DNA of 64,000 nucleotides from an uncultured Ectothiorhodospiraceae bacterium (GTDB lineage Bacteria > Bacteroidota > Ignavibacteria > SZUA-365 > GCA-2699105), in contig CAYPBB010000012.1 in the NCBI GenBank assembly GCA_964408855.1, forward strand, positions 19,321-83,320, read 5' to 3'. Below, in pieces: positions 35,714 to 46,900 of the stretch. The position numbers were made by a program, and so were the translations under genes. How positions within the stretch are numbered: position 1 is the first letter of the stretch; each line of letters begins with the position of its first letter. The notes under the pieces are model-generated. The model searched no databases and was not told the origin of the DNA. It saw only the letters and a list, made by a program, of their open reading frames with translations.

Positions 35714-37795
35714 TTAGTCGAGGAATTTCCAGTCGACGCCGAACTGCAGGCCGCGTTCCGGCATTGGGTAGAAACCGGTCGTGATGTAGCGTTCGTCCAG
35801 CGCATTGTACAACACCAGATGCAGTGTCGCAGTGTCCCTGATCGTCGCATAGAGATAGAGGTCCAACCGCAAGTGACCGGTATATTTCCGTGTGTAGGTT
35901 TGAGGGGAAAGCAGGGAAGGAACCGCGAAGACGCCGTCTTCGGGAAGGAAGAGAAGCGGCGTGTATTCACCCGCGTACTCAACGGATGCGCCGGTTTTAA
36001 GATCAAGGGTCTCGATAAGATTCTTATTCGCGCGGACAAACAGCCCTGCGGAACCCTGCCATTCCGGAGTCAGGTTGTACCCAGCGAGCGCGCCGGTATT
36101 GGTCTCGACGAGCATCGTCCCTTTTACATCGGCGCCAAAGATCCACCATTGTGCGCACACAGATCCGGAAAACCCGTAATACTCAGCGGTTTCGTCGATG
36201 AGCGAGTATTTCCAGGCATAGCGGGAAAACATGCGGTCGCCTGTATGTATCTGACCGGTAACCAACAGCGATTGCGAGGATTTTCGGAAAAAGGCCGCGA
36301 TCGAAGAAGTAGTGTATTGCGAGTTGTACCGCAACCCTGCTTCTGCAATAATCGAGTGTTCGTAATCGGGTTCCGCGCCTGCGGAACCGAGCGTCCGCCG
36401 GTTGATGTACTGCGTCTCGAACAGCGAGTATGGTCTTGTACCGGTTGAAAGACCCGCCCATAGCGTCAATTCATCAGTCAAGTCGGTTTCGACAGTCGTT
36501 CCAGCTCCGTACGTGTACTGCCAGTATGTATTCTCGAGCCTTCCTAAAATCTGAAGCCGGAATGCATCGAGCGCAAATCGAAGCGATGCCTTTCCCATTG
36601 AAGTCATGGTTTCGCGCAACTGGTAGTAGCCGCCTCCGTCGCGGAACTGCCATCCACCCATCGCGCCCGCAAGTTCGAGTTGCGCCCAGCCGGTATTCAC
36701 CGAATGCATGGCTTCGAAAAATATGTTGCTCCACTTCCTCGTCGTTTGCAAACGCGACGCAGACCACGCAAGACTATCGTTACGCGGCACACCTTCGTCT
36801 CTGTAGAGCCGTGCGCCGTTGTGAAAGCCGAGTCTGGCAGTGGTAATCATACTGGAATTACCGAACCACCTGTACGAACCTTCGCCGTACACTGTGTTCG
36901 ATTGTTCCCGGAGATATATCGTTGAGTTGAATAGTTGGGCAAGAATGGCGCTGAACGCTGTATCGCGGAACGGTTCTGTATCCGGATCGGGATAGATGAA
37001 CGCCGTCGAGTCCGCGTTAATCGTTCCTTCGATTCCGCCGTTGATATGTGTATAGTGATCGTTGTACCAGTCGGCAATTTTTATCGACAGGCGTTCGTTC
37101 AAATCGCTTCGGTATTCAAGCCTGACATTCCAGCGTTCGTTGGTCGTATTGCGGAACCGGCCTGCGTCGCCCGATCCGTATGACTGACGCGTCAATCCAG
37201 CGGCGAAGTTATCTGCGACTCCGGTATTGAGAGAAAAATCCACGTCGGTGTAGAGATAATCGTACGGACCAAACATGTGCCGTAACCGCGTTTCGGGATG
37301 GGGGGAATTTCGGACCGGGGTCACGATTTCCGCCGTAGCGAGCGCGCCTGTGCCACCGTACCAGAACGCCTGATGCATCGGATACACGATGATCGCCGAT
37401 GCGTCTTCCATCGCGGCCATCTCCCAGCGCGGTAGAAAAGTCATAGGATCCGTAATAGCGATGCCGTTCCTGCTGATGCGCTGATGTACCGGCAGCGATC
37501 CATGCATCCCGGTCCAGGACGGCGCGCCGGATACTCCGAGAGAATACATGGAAATACCGTGGGCAAGAGTCAACGCTTCGCCGGCGTCCCGGTAATTGTA
37601 GCGGAGAAGGGAATCGCGGCGGATGTATTGTATTGCTGCCGAACGCACTTCCTCTGTGTCGATCAGGGCGGGACGAAGCGTGTCCGCCGGCGCGGTTGCC
37701 GGGCGGGCGGCAAGCCGCAGCGAATCCGATTTCTGCGCGATCGCCGTCGATACAATGAAAACAGTTGCCGCACACAGGATCAACGCTCTGCTCAT
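35714..37795 (-). CDS. Outer-membrane beta-barrel protein, possibly a TonB-dependent receptor-like protein
   Basis: It has a signal peptide (LILCAATVFIVSTAIAQ). There is a weak plug-like N-terminal region and a long beta-rich C-terminal region. The family assignment is tentative. Confidence 0.45.
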   Translation of the reverse strand: MSRALILCAATVFIVSTAIAQKSDSLRLAARPATAPADTLRPALIDTEEVRSAAIQYIRRDSLLRYNYRDAGEALTLAHGISMYSLGVSGAPSWTGMHGSLPVHQRISRNGIAITDPMTFLPRWEMAAMEDASAIIVYPMHQAFWYGGTGALATAEIVTPVRNSPHPETRLRHMFGPYDYLYTDVDFSLNTGVADNFAAGLTRQSYGSGDAGRFRNTTNERWNVRLEYRSDLNERLSIKIADWYNDHYTHINGGIEGTINADSTAFIYPDPDTEPFRDTAFSAILAQLFNSTIYLREQSNTVYGEGSYRWFGNSSMITTARLGFHNGARLYRDEGVPRNDSLAWSASRLQTTRKWSNIFFEAMHSVNTGWAQLELAGAMGGWQFRDGGGYYQLRETMTSMGKASLRFALDAFRLQILGRLENTYWQYTYGAGTTVETDLTDELTLWAGLSTGTRPYSLFETQYINRRTLGSAGAEPDYEHSIIAEAGLRYNSQYTTSSIAAFFRKSSQSLLVTGQIHTGDRMFSRYAWKYSLIDETAEYYGFSGSVCAQWWIFGADVKGTMLVETNTGALAGYNLTPEWQGSAGLFVRANKNLIETLDLKTGASVEYAGEYTPLLFLPEDGVFAVPSLLSPQTYTRKYTGHLRLDLYLYATIRDTATLHLVLYNALDERYITTGFYPMPERGLQFGVDWKFLD

Positions 37796-38787
37796 AACCT
37801 CCTCCTCAGGCGCGTCAGACGGGCTTTCATTCCCTGAAGCGCCGAGATGATGGACGAGCCGTTGTATACCGCCTCGGAATAAGGAACAAGCGCTCCGCCG
37901 AAACTGCGCTTGAATTCAATAACTCCGGGCGTGTTCGCTCCCCGGAAATCGAACGAGGTATATCCGTCCCGCGAAAATGTCCTCAGAACGGCATCGACAA
38001 GCGCATGGTTGGCGGATACTTCTTCGCTTTGTTCGGAGCTCCCGGCTATCCAGTCGTACACATGCGGATGCCGGTGAATCGTCATTCTCGATGCAAGAGG
38101 CGTTCCCGCCTTGTCATACGCGATGAACATTCTTCCACCGCGTTGTAAGGCGCCTGAAATCCATGTTTGCACCGTTTCGACGGGGATCGGCGGTTTTATG
38201 CCGTGCCTTGCATAGCTGTACCGGTGCTGCTCAAGAAATATATCCACATCCGCGCGTTCGGCAACGACGATTCCCGCTTCCTGCGCGCGGCGCAGTTTGC
38301 GGCGAAGGCTCGACGAATAGCCACGCCATACGGAATCGATATCCCGGATGTCGATAATATATGTATAGAGGTGATGGAGGTTCCAGCCCGCCCACGCGAA
38401 CGGCCGCAGGTCGGTGCACGCCGGATGCAGCGAAAGCGATGCGAACCCGGTATCCGCTGTTACCAACCGGAGCGTTCCCTCGACCGCTCTGAGGAATACT
38501 GTTTCGTTCTCCGCATGATGCGAGATGATCAGATTTTGATAAGGAGTCAACGGATGCGAGGTTGCAACCGGAATACCGAGCACCCTCTTTCGAAAGCAGG
38601 GGATCGCGCATAGGAGCTTCCCATCTTCGCGTACCGCGCGGATCGATAATTCCATGCCTCTTGTCTCGGCGGCAAAACGGAGCCATTCCGTGCTGCTGAA
38701 TACCGTCCCTTGCGGGGATGACGACTGAAACGATTCCCATTCGGGGAGGTCGTCGATGGAATATGTCGCGGCTGCGAGTGAGCTCAT
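37792..38787 (-). CDS. FemAB/BioF2-like (CelD-type) GNAT-fold acyltransferase
   Basis: It has a two-lobed GNAT-like architecture of about 330 aa and overlaps neighbouring genes by 4 nt. The call rests on overall resemblance to the Acetyltransf_6 family and carries moderate confidence. Confidence 0.45.
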   Translation of the reverse strand: MSSLAAATYSIDDLPEWESFQSSSPQGTVFSSTEWLRFAAETRGMELSIRAVREDGKLLCAIPCFRKRVLGIPVATSHPLTPYQNLIISHHAENETVFLRAVEGTLRLVTADTGFASLSLHPACTDLRPFAWAGWNLHHLYTYIIDIRDIDSVWRGYSSSLRRKLRRAQEAGIVVAERADVDIFLEQHRYSYARHGIKPPIPVETVQTWISGALQRGGRMFIAYDKAGTPLASRMTIHRHPHVYDWIAGSSEQSEEVSANHALVDAVLRTFSRDGYTSFDFRGANTPGVIEFKRSFGGALVPYSEAVYNGSSIISALQGMKARLTRLRRRL

Positions 38788-39686
38788 TTCCCGGGTTGTT
38801 GGTACATACTATCCATGGTCAGAGTTGCGACGAGACGCAATAAGTAGTATTCATACTCCAGCGCCGCGGCCATTTGTTCCCCGATTGTCTGTGCCGATAA
38901 TAGTTTGTTCCTGAATGCCGATTTTATCTGGTTTACCTTCGGCGACGCATCGACATCCAGTTGAAGAGCCCAAACCTGCGAAAGCTCGAACAACCGGTAC
39001 GCTGCATTCAGATAACGGTCTTCGCCGCTCCCAGCCGCTGTATTTCCTTCCGCATAGAGCGAGTCGGAACGCTTGAACATCGATTCGAGCCTGTTTTCCT
39101 GATCGATATCTCTTAGAATGTCCTTGAGCATGATATACGAGTAATCCGACATTTTGCTCATGGGATTGATCATGAGATCGTTTTTCGCAATCAGCCTGTC
39201 GATCTCGTTCTTCCATCGCGGCAAATGCTCGAGGCGTTCGGGTGTATGCTGAAAACGCATCGTATACAGAAGCGTGTACGCGGTATAGATACCCATCATG
39301 GAATTGGTCAATCTGACGCCCAATGCAGCCCCGGCGTCGGGCGCGAACCGCTTGGAGTACTCCTCGATAGGAGGGGTATTGACGCCCTGAGCGTCCAGCG
39401 TCCGGGCGATGATCATCAATTGCTGCGCGTTGGCATATTGCAGCATTGCCAATCGTTCCAGCGGATCGTCTTCGGGGGCATTGCGGAAAGTCTTATCCGC
39501 GCGCGCCTGCAGCGTTTCGAGCACGGAACGCGGCTGGCGGGGCTGAGGCGCAGCGGCAGCCGTTGTATCCTGCTGCGGTGAAGGCGTCTGTTCCTGTTGA
39601 CGGGTCGGCTCGCGCTGGGTACCGTTTTCACCGCATCCGGCGGCGAATAAAAGCGCGGCAAGAAGAACGAGAGGGAAATTTCGCAT
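38784..39686 (-). CDS. Hypothetical lipoprotein
   Basis: It begins MRNFPLVLLAALLFAAGCGENG. A Gln/Pro/Thr-rich linker follows. Confidence 0.5.
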   Translation of the reverse strand: MRNFPLVLLAALLFAAGCGENGTQREPTRQQEQTPSPQQDTTAAAAPQPRQPRSVLETLQARADKTFRNAPEDDPLERLAMLQYANAQQLMIIARTLDAQGVNTPPIEEYSKRFAPDAGAALGVRLTNSMMGIYTAYTLLYTMRFQHTPERLEHLPRWKNEIDRLIAKNDLMINPMSKMSDYSYIMLKDILRDIDQENRLESMFKRSDSLYAEGNTAAGSGEDRYLNAAYRLFELSQVWALQLDVDASPKVNQIKSAFRNKLLSAQTIGEQMAAALEYEYYLLRLVATLTMDSMYQQPGK

Positions 39687-39692
39687 CGATTG

Positions 39693-40682
39693 TTACTTGA
39701 TGATGGAGAATGAGCGGACCAAATCGTTAATCGATTCGGCATAATTGTCGTACCGGGTAACGGTTGTATCGACGGCGCCGAATATGGCGATGATCCGTTT
39801 TCGCGCCGGATTGTATAACCAGAACATTTTTCCCATGAGGTTCGGCTCGGTGATGGATACGGTCAGTTCCTCGCGTAACGGTTTGAGTCTATGAATCGAT
39901 GTATCCGCAACCAGTTGCTGTTCGACCATCCATTCCGGCAATTCGGCTATCCGGACGATTGTTTCCAGCTTTTGCGAAGACGGATTCTGATACGACAACA
40001 GAACGCCTTCAGTCGCCTCATGCACGAATGGGATTTTCACCGGCGTCCGTTTATTGATATCCCAGGCTACCGGATACTTGAATTCAACCCCGAGCAAGTC
40101 GGAAGCATAGGATGAAATGCCCGCTTCCCGGACGGTAACATCGAAGTTGTCTTCCTTCTGCCACCATCCGCGGATATAATCCCCGCGGTCGGCGAATGGC
40201 ACTTTCCAGGAGCCTCGTTCGCGGTTCAGAGTGAAAAGCCCCGAACTTTCGAACTGCTGCCCTTCCACTGTCACCACGAACGTTACCGTCATCTGTGCGC
40301 GGGTTGTGTCTTTCAAATCGATTTCAAGCACATCGATCCTCGAGAACGAATACACGAACGGTTCCTTGCCCGCAGTACGCTGACCGTCGAACCATGCCGC
40401 GAATGTTGAAGGATCCACGACGCCCTGAGCTTTCAGGTTCTCTCTCGATTTCCATGTGAGCATAGTATAGAAGCCGGCAGGATCGGCGGCATCCTGAAAC
40501 AGCGTCGTCCATCGTTCGAATGTTTCCTTTGCCTCGCGATACAGAATCTGTTCGGGGGGGAGAGTAGTCGGAATATCCAAATCGTCGGGTTCAACCTGCC
40601 GTTTTCCACCACAGGAAAACAGACCTGCTGAAAGCACAAGGAATAGAGAAACGGATATGGTTCGATGGATTGAAGTATGCAC
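39693..40682 (-). CDS. Hypothetical lipoprotein
   Basis: It has a signal/lipobox (SLFLVLSAGLFSCGGK). Confidence 0.5.
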   Translation of the reverse strand: MHTSIHRTISVSLFLVLSAGLFSCGGKRQVEPDDLDIPTTLPPEQILYREAKETFERWTTLFQDAADPAGFYTMLTWKSRENLKAQGVVDPSTFAAWFDGQRTAGKEPFVYSFSRIDVLEIDLKDTTRAQMTVTFVVTVEGQQFESSGLFTLNRERGSWKVPFADRGDYIRGWWQKEDNFDVTVREAGISSYASDLLGVEFKYPVAWDINKRTPVKIPFVHEATEGVLLSYQNPSSQKLETIVRIAELPEWMVEQQLVADTSIHRLKPLREELTVSITEPNLMGKMFWLYNPARKRIIAIFGAVDTTVTRYDNYAESINDLVRSFSIIK

Positions 40683-40686
40683 GCTG

Positions 40687-41670
40687 TCAGGGTAGAATAG
40701 TTTGTTCGACTTTTTCTTTCTCGATGCTCGATTCCGGGGCTACCCAGCGCTTGATCTTCGGCGCCGCGGTCCGTGTCTCGACAGGGCTGCATTTATAGAA
40801 CGCCGCGGAAACCGGCGGAACCTTCTGCCGCGCAGGAACGAGATCGATGGATCCGGCCGGAATACCATCGTGTCCGATATATTTCCGGTCGAGTACAATC
40901 GTTGAATAGGACCTCGTCAGCCTGTTGCCTTCATATAAATCGCGCAATCGCGCGGCGTACAGGGAACGCACTTCTTCGACGGCGTAATGCGTCGTATCGA
41001 TGATACTGCTATCGGGCAGAAAGGTCACGACACGCGCGGCATCTCCAGCATGCACGAACACCGGCGTTCCGACGACGACCTTCCGGTAGATTTCCTTTGC
41101 GTCCTCGCGGCTGAGACGGACACAACCATGCGACGATGGACGTTTGCCGAGATAATTATAATATCGCCAGCCGAGGAGGGAGTGAAAACCGACTCCCCAA
41201 TTAAAGCCCAGCCAGTTGAACACCTTCGTTGAGTCGAACTGTACCGAGTATAGCCAGTCGATTTTGTTCTGTACAAGAAAGACACCTTTGCGTGTGGCAA
41301 TGCCTTTGTCGAGGCGCGGAGTGCCGGTGGAGATTTTGTAGATTTTGGTAGCGCTGTCGCGGCTGTGCAGATAGAGCTGTTGTTCGTCGAGACGGATCTC
41401 AAGAATGTGAAGCATCGACGTGTAGACGGTATCCTTCATCCGTCCAATCTGCGAAAGGAAGGTGTATTCCTCCGGCGCCTGACCGGCGGGATGCGCTCCG
41501 CTGCCGTGATGATACATCACCGATGAATGGTTGTACGTATCTGACCCGGCAAACAGATCTATCAGCCCGGAGGTGAAAAACCAGAATACGGGCAGAGTCA
41601 GGGCTACGCTGAACAAGCGCACCCGTATGCGTCTATAATAGCCTTCTTTTAGCTCGTCGAGATCGGGCAT
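40687..41670 (-). CDS. L,D-transpeptidase (YkuD domain), membrane-anchored
   Basis: The start is taken at the internal Met (MPDLDELKEGYYRR...), which gives an N-terminal TM segment (LFSVALTLPVFWFF). The catalytic motif SHGCVRLSREDAKEIY is present. Confidence 0.7.
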   Translation of the reverse strand: MPDLDELKEGYYRRIRVRLFSVALTLPVFWFFTSGLIDLFAGSDTYNHSSVMYHHGSGAHPAGQAPEEYTFLSQIGRMKDTVYTSMLHILEIRLDEQQLYLHSRDSATKIYKISTGTPRLDKGIATRKGVFLVQNKIDWLYSVQFDSTKVFNWLGFNWGVGFHSLLGWRYYNYLGKRPSSHGCVRLSREDAKEIYRKVVVGTPVFVHAGDAARVVTFLPDSSIIDTTHYAVEEVRSLYAARLRDLYEGNRLTRSYSTIVLDRKYIGHDGIPAGSIDLVPARQKVPPVSAAFYKCSPVETRTAAPKIKRWVAPESSIEKEKVEQTILP

Positions 41671-42128
41671 AGAACCTTTCAAGGTAACATGCAATGAAAT
41701 ATCGATGTAAAATATCGAAAAGAAGAGTAGGGAGCAATCCTGAACAGCTGCAAACCTGCCTGTGTACCGCCTTTTTGCCTTTCCATCAATTTCCGAGGAT
41801 ATTATTGTAGAAACCGGATTCTCCAAACGGAACTGGGCGGTCAGTTCCATGTTTCCGGGAGCCGGGAGCTGTCCTCTGCAAATGTTTGCATCTCGGAATG
41901 TTTTTCCTCATTTTATTTGTTCAATTCCATGAGAAATTCATCGAATAATACCGCGCATACGCGTAGCGACACGAACAAAGACTCAAACCGGGACCGCACA
42001 TCATTCAGGACGAACCTTGCATTTACTCAACATCGGTCAGGAAACAAAGGTATGATTACCCGGAAGACGAGACATTCCTCCATCCCATTTCAATATTCAC
42101 ATACATAGAACACGAAAGGAATTCGGCT

Positions 42129-43922
42129 ATGCAAAGGACCATCAAGGACTTTGACGATTCCGTTCATATAGACGCCCTCGCGGGCGATACGATTGCCACA
42201 CCCGAACTGGTTGATTCGTACATCGAAAAGCTGCTGCAACGCGAACGTCTCCGGCTTTCGAAAGAATTCGGATTGAACGACGCGCCCATCGAACATGCGA
42301 GCCGGGCGGCGGAACACCCGTTCACGGCTGAGCAGCGCAGTACAACAACTGTCCTTTTCGGGGGATTGACATGGAAACACGAACGGCTGATTCAGGCGCA
42401 TTTACAGTCGCTCGGATACCGGTGCGAATACCTGCCCACGCCCAATGTCAAGGCATTCCAGACCGGGAAAGAGTACGGCAACAACGGGCAATGCAATCCG
42501 ACGTATTTCACAGTCGGGAATCTGGTTAATTACCTTCAGCATCTGGAAGAACAGGGAATCGGCAGAAGGGATATCATCGAGAACTATGTGTTTTTTACTG
42601 CCGGGGCATGCGGTCCTTGCCGTTTCGGCATGTATGAATCGGAATACCGGCTTGCGTTGAGGAATTCCGGTTTCGAAGGCTTCCGTGTCCTGCTGTTTCA
42701 GCAAACCGGCGGATTGAATCAGATCGATGCGAGCGCAGGACTGGAGATGAATCTCGATTTCTTCCTTGGGATTCTCAATGCGCTCAATATCGGGGATCTC
42801 CTCAACGACATAGCGTATCAGATCAGACCGTATGAAACGGTCCCAGGAGCGACGGACGAGGCGTTGAGTGAGAGCATCGAGCATCTCGCCGGAATCCTTG
42901 AAAAGAAACAGCCATACACACTCGGTGAAACCGGCATCGCGTCCGCGCTCTCATCCGGATTAAAAGGGCAGGTCGAAGTGCTCATGAAGTACTTTGAACA
43001 ACTCTTCGGATCGGACCTCGTCGAAGGAATGGAACATTGCCGGCGAATCTTCAGCGCTGTCGAAGTCGACAGGACGCGCATTCGTCCGATAGTGAAAGTT
43101 ACCGGCGAGTTCTGGGCGCAGACAACTGAAGGCGATGGAAATTTCAACATGTTCCCATTCCTCGAACGCGAGGGCGCCCAGGTGCTTGTGGAACCGATTG
43201 CCACATGGCTGCTATACATGCTCCATCAGGTCAAGCAGGAACTCGACGACAGAAAATATATCGAAATCTCCGCCAACGCCGGATTTATGGAGCGCTTTCT
43301 CCCGAAATTCAAAAGCTGGAAGAACCACAAACAATCCAAATTCCTGCTGACCCTCGGCGAATCGCTGTTCATCAGGGAATACAACAAGCTGCGCAATGCG
43401 CTTGGCGGCGTCCCGCATCCTCTTTCCGATCAGTACGAGATGCAACGGATAGCGCATCCGTATTATAATACGCGCGTGGAAGGCGGCGAAGGTCACCTGG
43501 AAGTCGCAAAGAACATCTATTATTCGAGCAAAAATCTCTGCCATATGGTGCTCTCGCTGAAGCCGTTCGGTTGCATGCCCAGCACGCAATCAGACGGAGT
43601 ACAGTCCGCGGTGACATCGCATTTCCGCGATATCATCTACCTGCCCATAGAAACCTCCGGCGAAGGCGAAATCAACGCCCACAGCCGCGTTCAGATGGCG
43701 CTGGGCGACGCCCGCGCAAAGGCGAAGACCGAATTTGCCCATGCGATGGAAACGCGCTCGCTCACGATCGATGAGCTGAAACAGCACGTCGAAGAGCATC
43801 CGGATTTAAAAGATCCTTTCCATCGTATCCCGAAGCAGGCGCATCTCGCCGGAACCGCGGCGAATTTTGCCTGGTATGTTGCCGACAGGATGAATAAACC
43901 CGGGAAGGCGGTGAACGCATGA
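42129..43922 (+). CDS. Protein associated with a 2-hydroxyacyl-CoA dehydratase/activase-like system (DUF2229-like)
   Basis: A Cys cluster (AGACGPCRFGMYESEY) is present. The fold is HgdA/B-like. A 4-nt overlap links it to the downstream activase gene. Confidence 0.5.
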   Translation: MQRTIKDFDDSVHIDALAGDTIATPELVDSYIEKLLQRERLRLSKEFGLNDAPIEHASRAAEHPFTAEQRSTTTVLFGGLTWKHERLIQAHLQSLGYRCEYLPTPNVKAFQTGKEYGNNGQCNPTYFTVGNLVNYLQHLEEQGIGRRDIIENYVFFTAGACGPCRFGMYESEYRLALRNSGFEGFRVLLFQQTGGLNQIDASAGLEMNLDFFLGILNALNIGDLLNDIAYQIRPYETVPGATDEALSESIEHLAGILEKKQPYTLGETGIASALSSGLKGQVEVLMKYFEQLFGSDLVEGMEHCRRIFSAVEVDRTRIRPIVKVTGEFWAQTTEGDGNFNMFPFLEREGAQVLVEPIATWLLYMLHQVKQELDDRKYIEISANAGFMERFLPKFKSWKNHKQSKFLLTLGESLFIREYNKLRNALGGVPHPLSDQYEMQRIAHPYYNTRVEGGEGHLEVAKNIYYSSKNLCHMVLSLKPFGCMPSTQSDGVQSAVTSHFRDIIYLPIETSGEGEINAHSRVQMALGDARAKAKTEFAHAMETRSLTIDELKQHVEEHPDLKDPFHRIPKQAHLAGTAANFAWYVADRMNKPGKAVNA

Positions 43923-46900
43923 CGACCAGGTACTACATAGGGCTGGACGTTGGTTCCACTACCGTTAAAGCCGTCGTTGTAGACGCAGCCAGAGACGCAA
44001 TAATCTGGAGAGATTACCAGCGCCACGAAACGAAGCAAGCGGAAAAAGTGCTCGACTTTCTTACCCGGATGAAAGAAGAAACAGGTTTCGAGAACGACTC
44101 GACCAGGATCTATATCACAGGGTCGGGCGGGAGCAATCTGGCGCAGTACATCGGAGCGAAATTTGTTCAGGAAGTGAACGCCGTCTGTCTCGCCGTCGAG
44201 AAACTGTACCCGGAAACCGGATCGGTCATCGAACTCGGCGGTCAGGATGCGAAAATCATTATCTTCAAAGAAGACCCCGAAACCGGAAAGAAGAAGAAAA
44301 TCCCTTCCATGAACGATAAATGCGCGGGAGGAACGGGCGCGGTTATCGATAAAATCAACGCCAAACTGAGAATTCCCGCAGCGCAACTTTGCGAACAACG
44401 CTACAACAACATCAAGCTGCATCCCGTCGCAGGGAAATGCGGCGTGTTCGCGGAAACGGATATCAACGGGCTGCAGAAGCAGGGCGTTCCTGCCGACGAA
44501 CTGATGGCTTCGCTCTTTGAATCGCTGGTTCAACAGAACCTCTCGGTGCTGACGAGAGGTCACACGCTTCGTCCTCATGTGCTGTTGCTCGGCGGTCCGA
44601 ATACCTTCATCAAAGGGATGGTGGAATGCTGGCGGTACAACATTCCGAAAATCTGGCACGAGCGGGAATTCTCGCTCCCCGAAGGCGTCAGCCCTGAAGA
44701 ACTCATCCTCGTCCCCGACAACGCCGTCTATTTTGCCGCCCTCGGCGCGGTTGAATTCGGGATGGAAGACGAAAACGGCGCCGGAATCTTCCGCGGAACA
44801 GCCGAACTCGAAACCTACCTGGCGCATGGCCGCGATCTGGAAAAACAGAAACGCGGCGGTGGCGCAAAGTTGTACAAAACCGAGGAAGAGCTTGCGGCAT
44901 TCAAGGATGAGTATAAACCGTACGAATTCCAGCCTAAAACGCTTGCACATGGAACAGTATTCCGGGCGTACCTGGGAATAGACGGGGGATCGACATCCAC
45001 GAAGGGCGTTCTGATAGATGAGAACAAGGATGTCGCATTCATCGCCTACCAGCTTTCGAAGGGCAATCCGATCGAAGACACGATGCATATCATTTCGCTG
45101 CTCGAAGAACAGGTCGCTGCGCAGGGAGCGACGCTGAAAATCCTCGGCGCGGGGACTACCGGGTATGCAAAGGACATCCTGAAAGACACCATCGGCGGCG
45201 ACGTGGCGCTGGTGGAAACCGTCGCGCACACACAGGCCGCTCTGCACTTCTATGACGATGTCGACGTGATCTGCGATGTCGGAGGTCAGGACATCAAAAT
45301 CATTATCCTGAAAGATGGTAGGGTCACTGACTTCAAGTTGAATACACAGTGTTCGGCAGGGAACGGGTACTTCCTTCAGGGCACTGCCGAAACCTTCGGA
45401 TTCCCGGTCGAGGAATTTGCCGACCGCGCATTCAGCGCTGCGGCGTTTCCGGAATTTGGTTACGGATGCGCCGTGTTCATGCAAAGCGATATCGTCGATT
45501 TCCAGCGGCAGGGATGGCAGCCCGAAGAAATAATGGCAGGATTAGCCAACGTTTTGCCGAAGAATATCTGGCTTTATGTATCGCAGATCCCCAACCTCGC
45601 GAAGCTCGGCGCGCGGTTCGTGTTGCAGGGCGGAACGCAACGTAATCTCGCAGCAGTAAAGACCCAGGTCGATTTTATCCGGTCGCGGTTCAGAGGATTG
45701 GACATCCAGCCTGATATTATCGTCCACCGGCATACAGGCGAAGCCGGAGCGATCGGTGCGGCGGTTGAATCGGCACGGCTTCACAGGCTTGGCCGGGAGA
45801 CGACATTCATCGGACTGGAGGCTGTCAGAACTATCCGCTATAAGACCACCCGAAGCGAGGATACCCGTTGTTATTTCTGTAAAAATAAGTGCCTTCGCAC
45901 GTTCATCGACGTCGAAACCGCAGCGAATACAACAGCGGAGGATGTGGTTCTTCCGGTCTTCGAGACACCCGCCGAACCTGCTCATGAGAGCAAGGTTCCG
46001 CTGGCTCCGGGCGCAAACCGCCTCATCCTGGCCACATGCGAAAAAGGAACGGTGGAAGACGTAGCTGAAATGCGCGTCATCGCCAAGGGATTGAACGACA
46101 ACAGAAAGAAATACCCAAATCTGGTGGAATATACAGCGAAGGAAGCATGGAGAGCGCAGAACCCGAAACCCGCTCCGGCACCCCAGACGCGCAAAGGTTT
46201 GTTCTCGCGGAGCAGCGGCAAAGAGGATACGCGCGCCCGCAGAGGCGAAGTGCGGATCGGTATTCCGCGGGCGCTGAACATGTACCAGCACATGCCGTTC
46301 TTCTCCGCCTATTTCGAGAGTCTCGGAATCCGCAGCGACCGAATCGTGTATTCGGATTTTACGACCGAGGAGCTCTATAAGGAAGGCTCAAAGCGGGGAA
46401 GTATCGATCCGTGTTTCCCAAGCAAGGTATCTCTGGCGCATGTCCATAACCTGCTGTTCCATAAGCATCAAGCCACGCCGCTCGATTTTATCTTTTTCCC
46501 GATCGTCGACGACATGCCGACCGATTTATACCGCGTGCAGGCTTCGAAAGCCTGCCCAACCGTGACGGGCACTGTCGAGACGGTAAAAGCCGCATTCACA
46601 AAAGAGGGCGATCTGTTCGAGAAGCAGGGGACGAAATACATCGATCCATTCCTGAGCATGAACAATAATGAATTGGTAAAGCGTCAGTTATACCAGACAT
46701 TTAAAGACATACTCGAGCTATCCGAAGAGGAAAACGCCTTTGCGGTCGAAGAAGGATACCGGGCGCTGGAACGGTTTTTCGTAACGACGAGGGAAAAGGC
46801 GCGGGAGATCATCGACGAGCTGGAACGGGAAAATCGTATCGGCATCGTACTCCTCGCTCGTCCGTATCACTCCGATCCGGGCATCAATCATCTCATTCTC

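Noticed and set aside
35819-36448. 209-aa plus-strand ORF, with others (36430..36846, 37484..37837) inside the OMP gene
   Set aside because: They are antisense to the 693-aa outer-membrane protein ORF and have Arg-rich low-complexity composition.
43691-45484. 597-aa minus-strand ORF
   Set aside because: It is antisense to the activase gene (43919..47494), whose ATPase signatures are clear. Its composition is Arg/Gly-rich and typical of GC-rich antisense frames.
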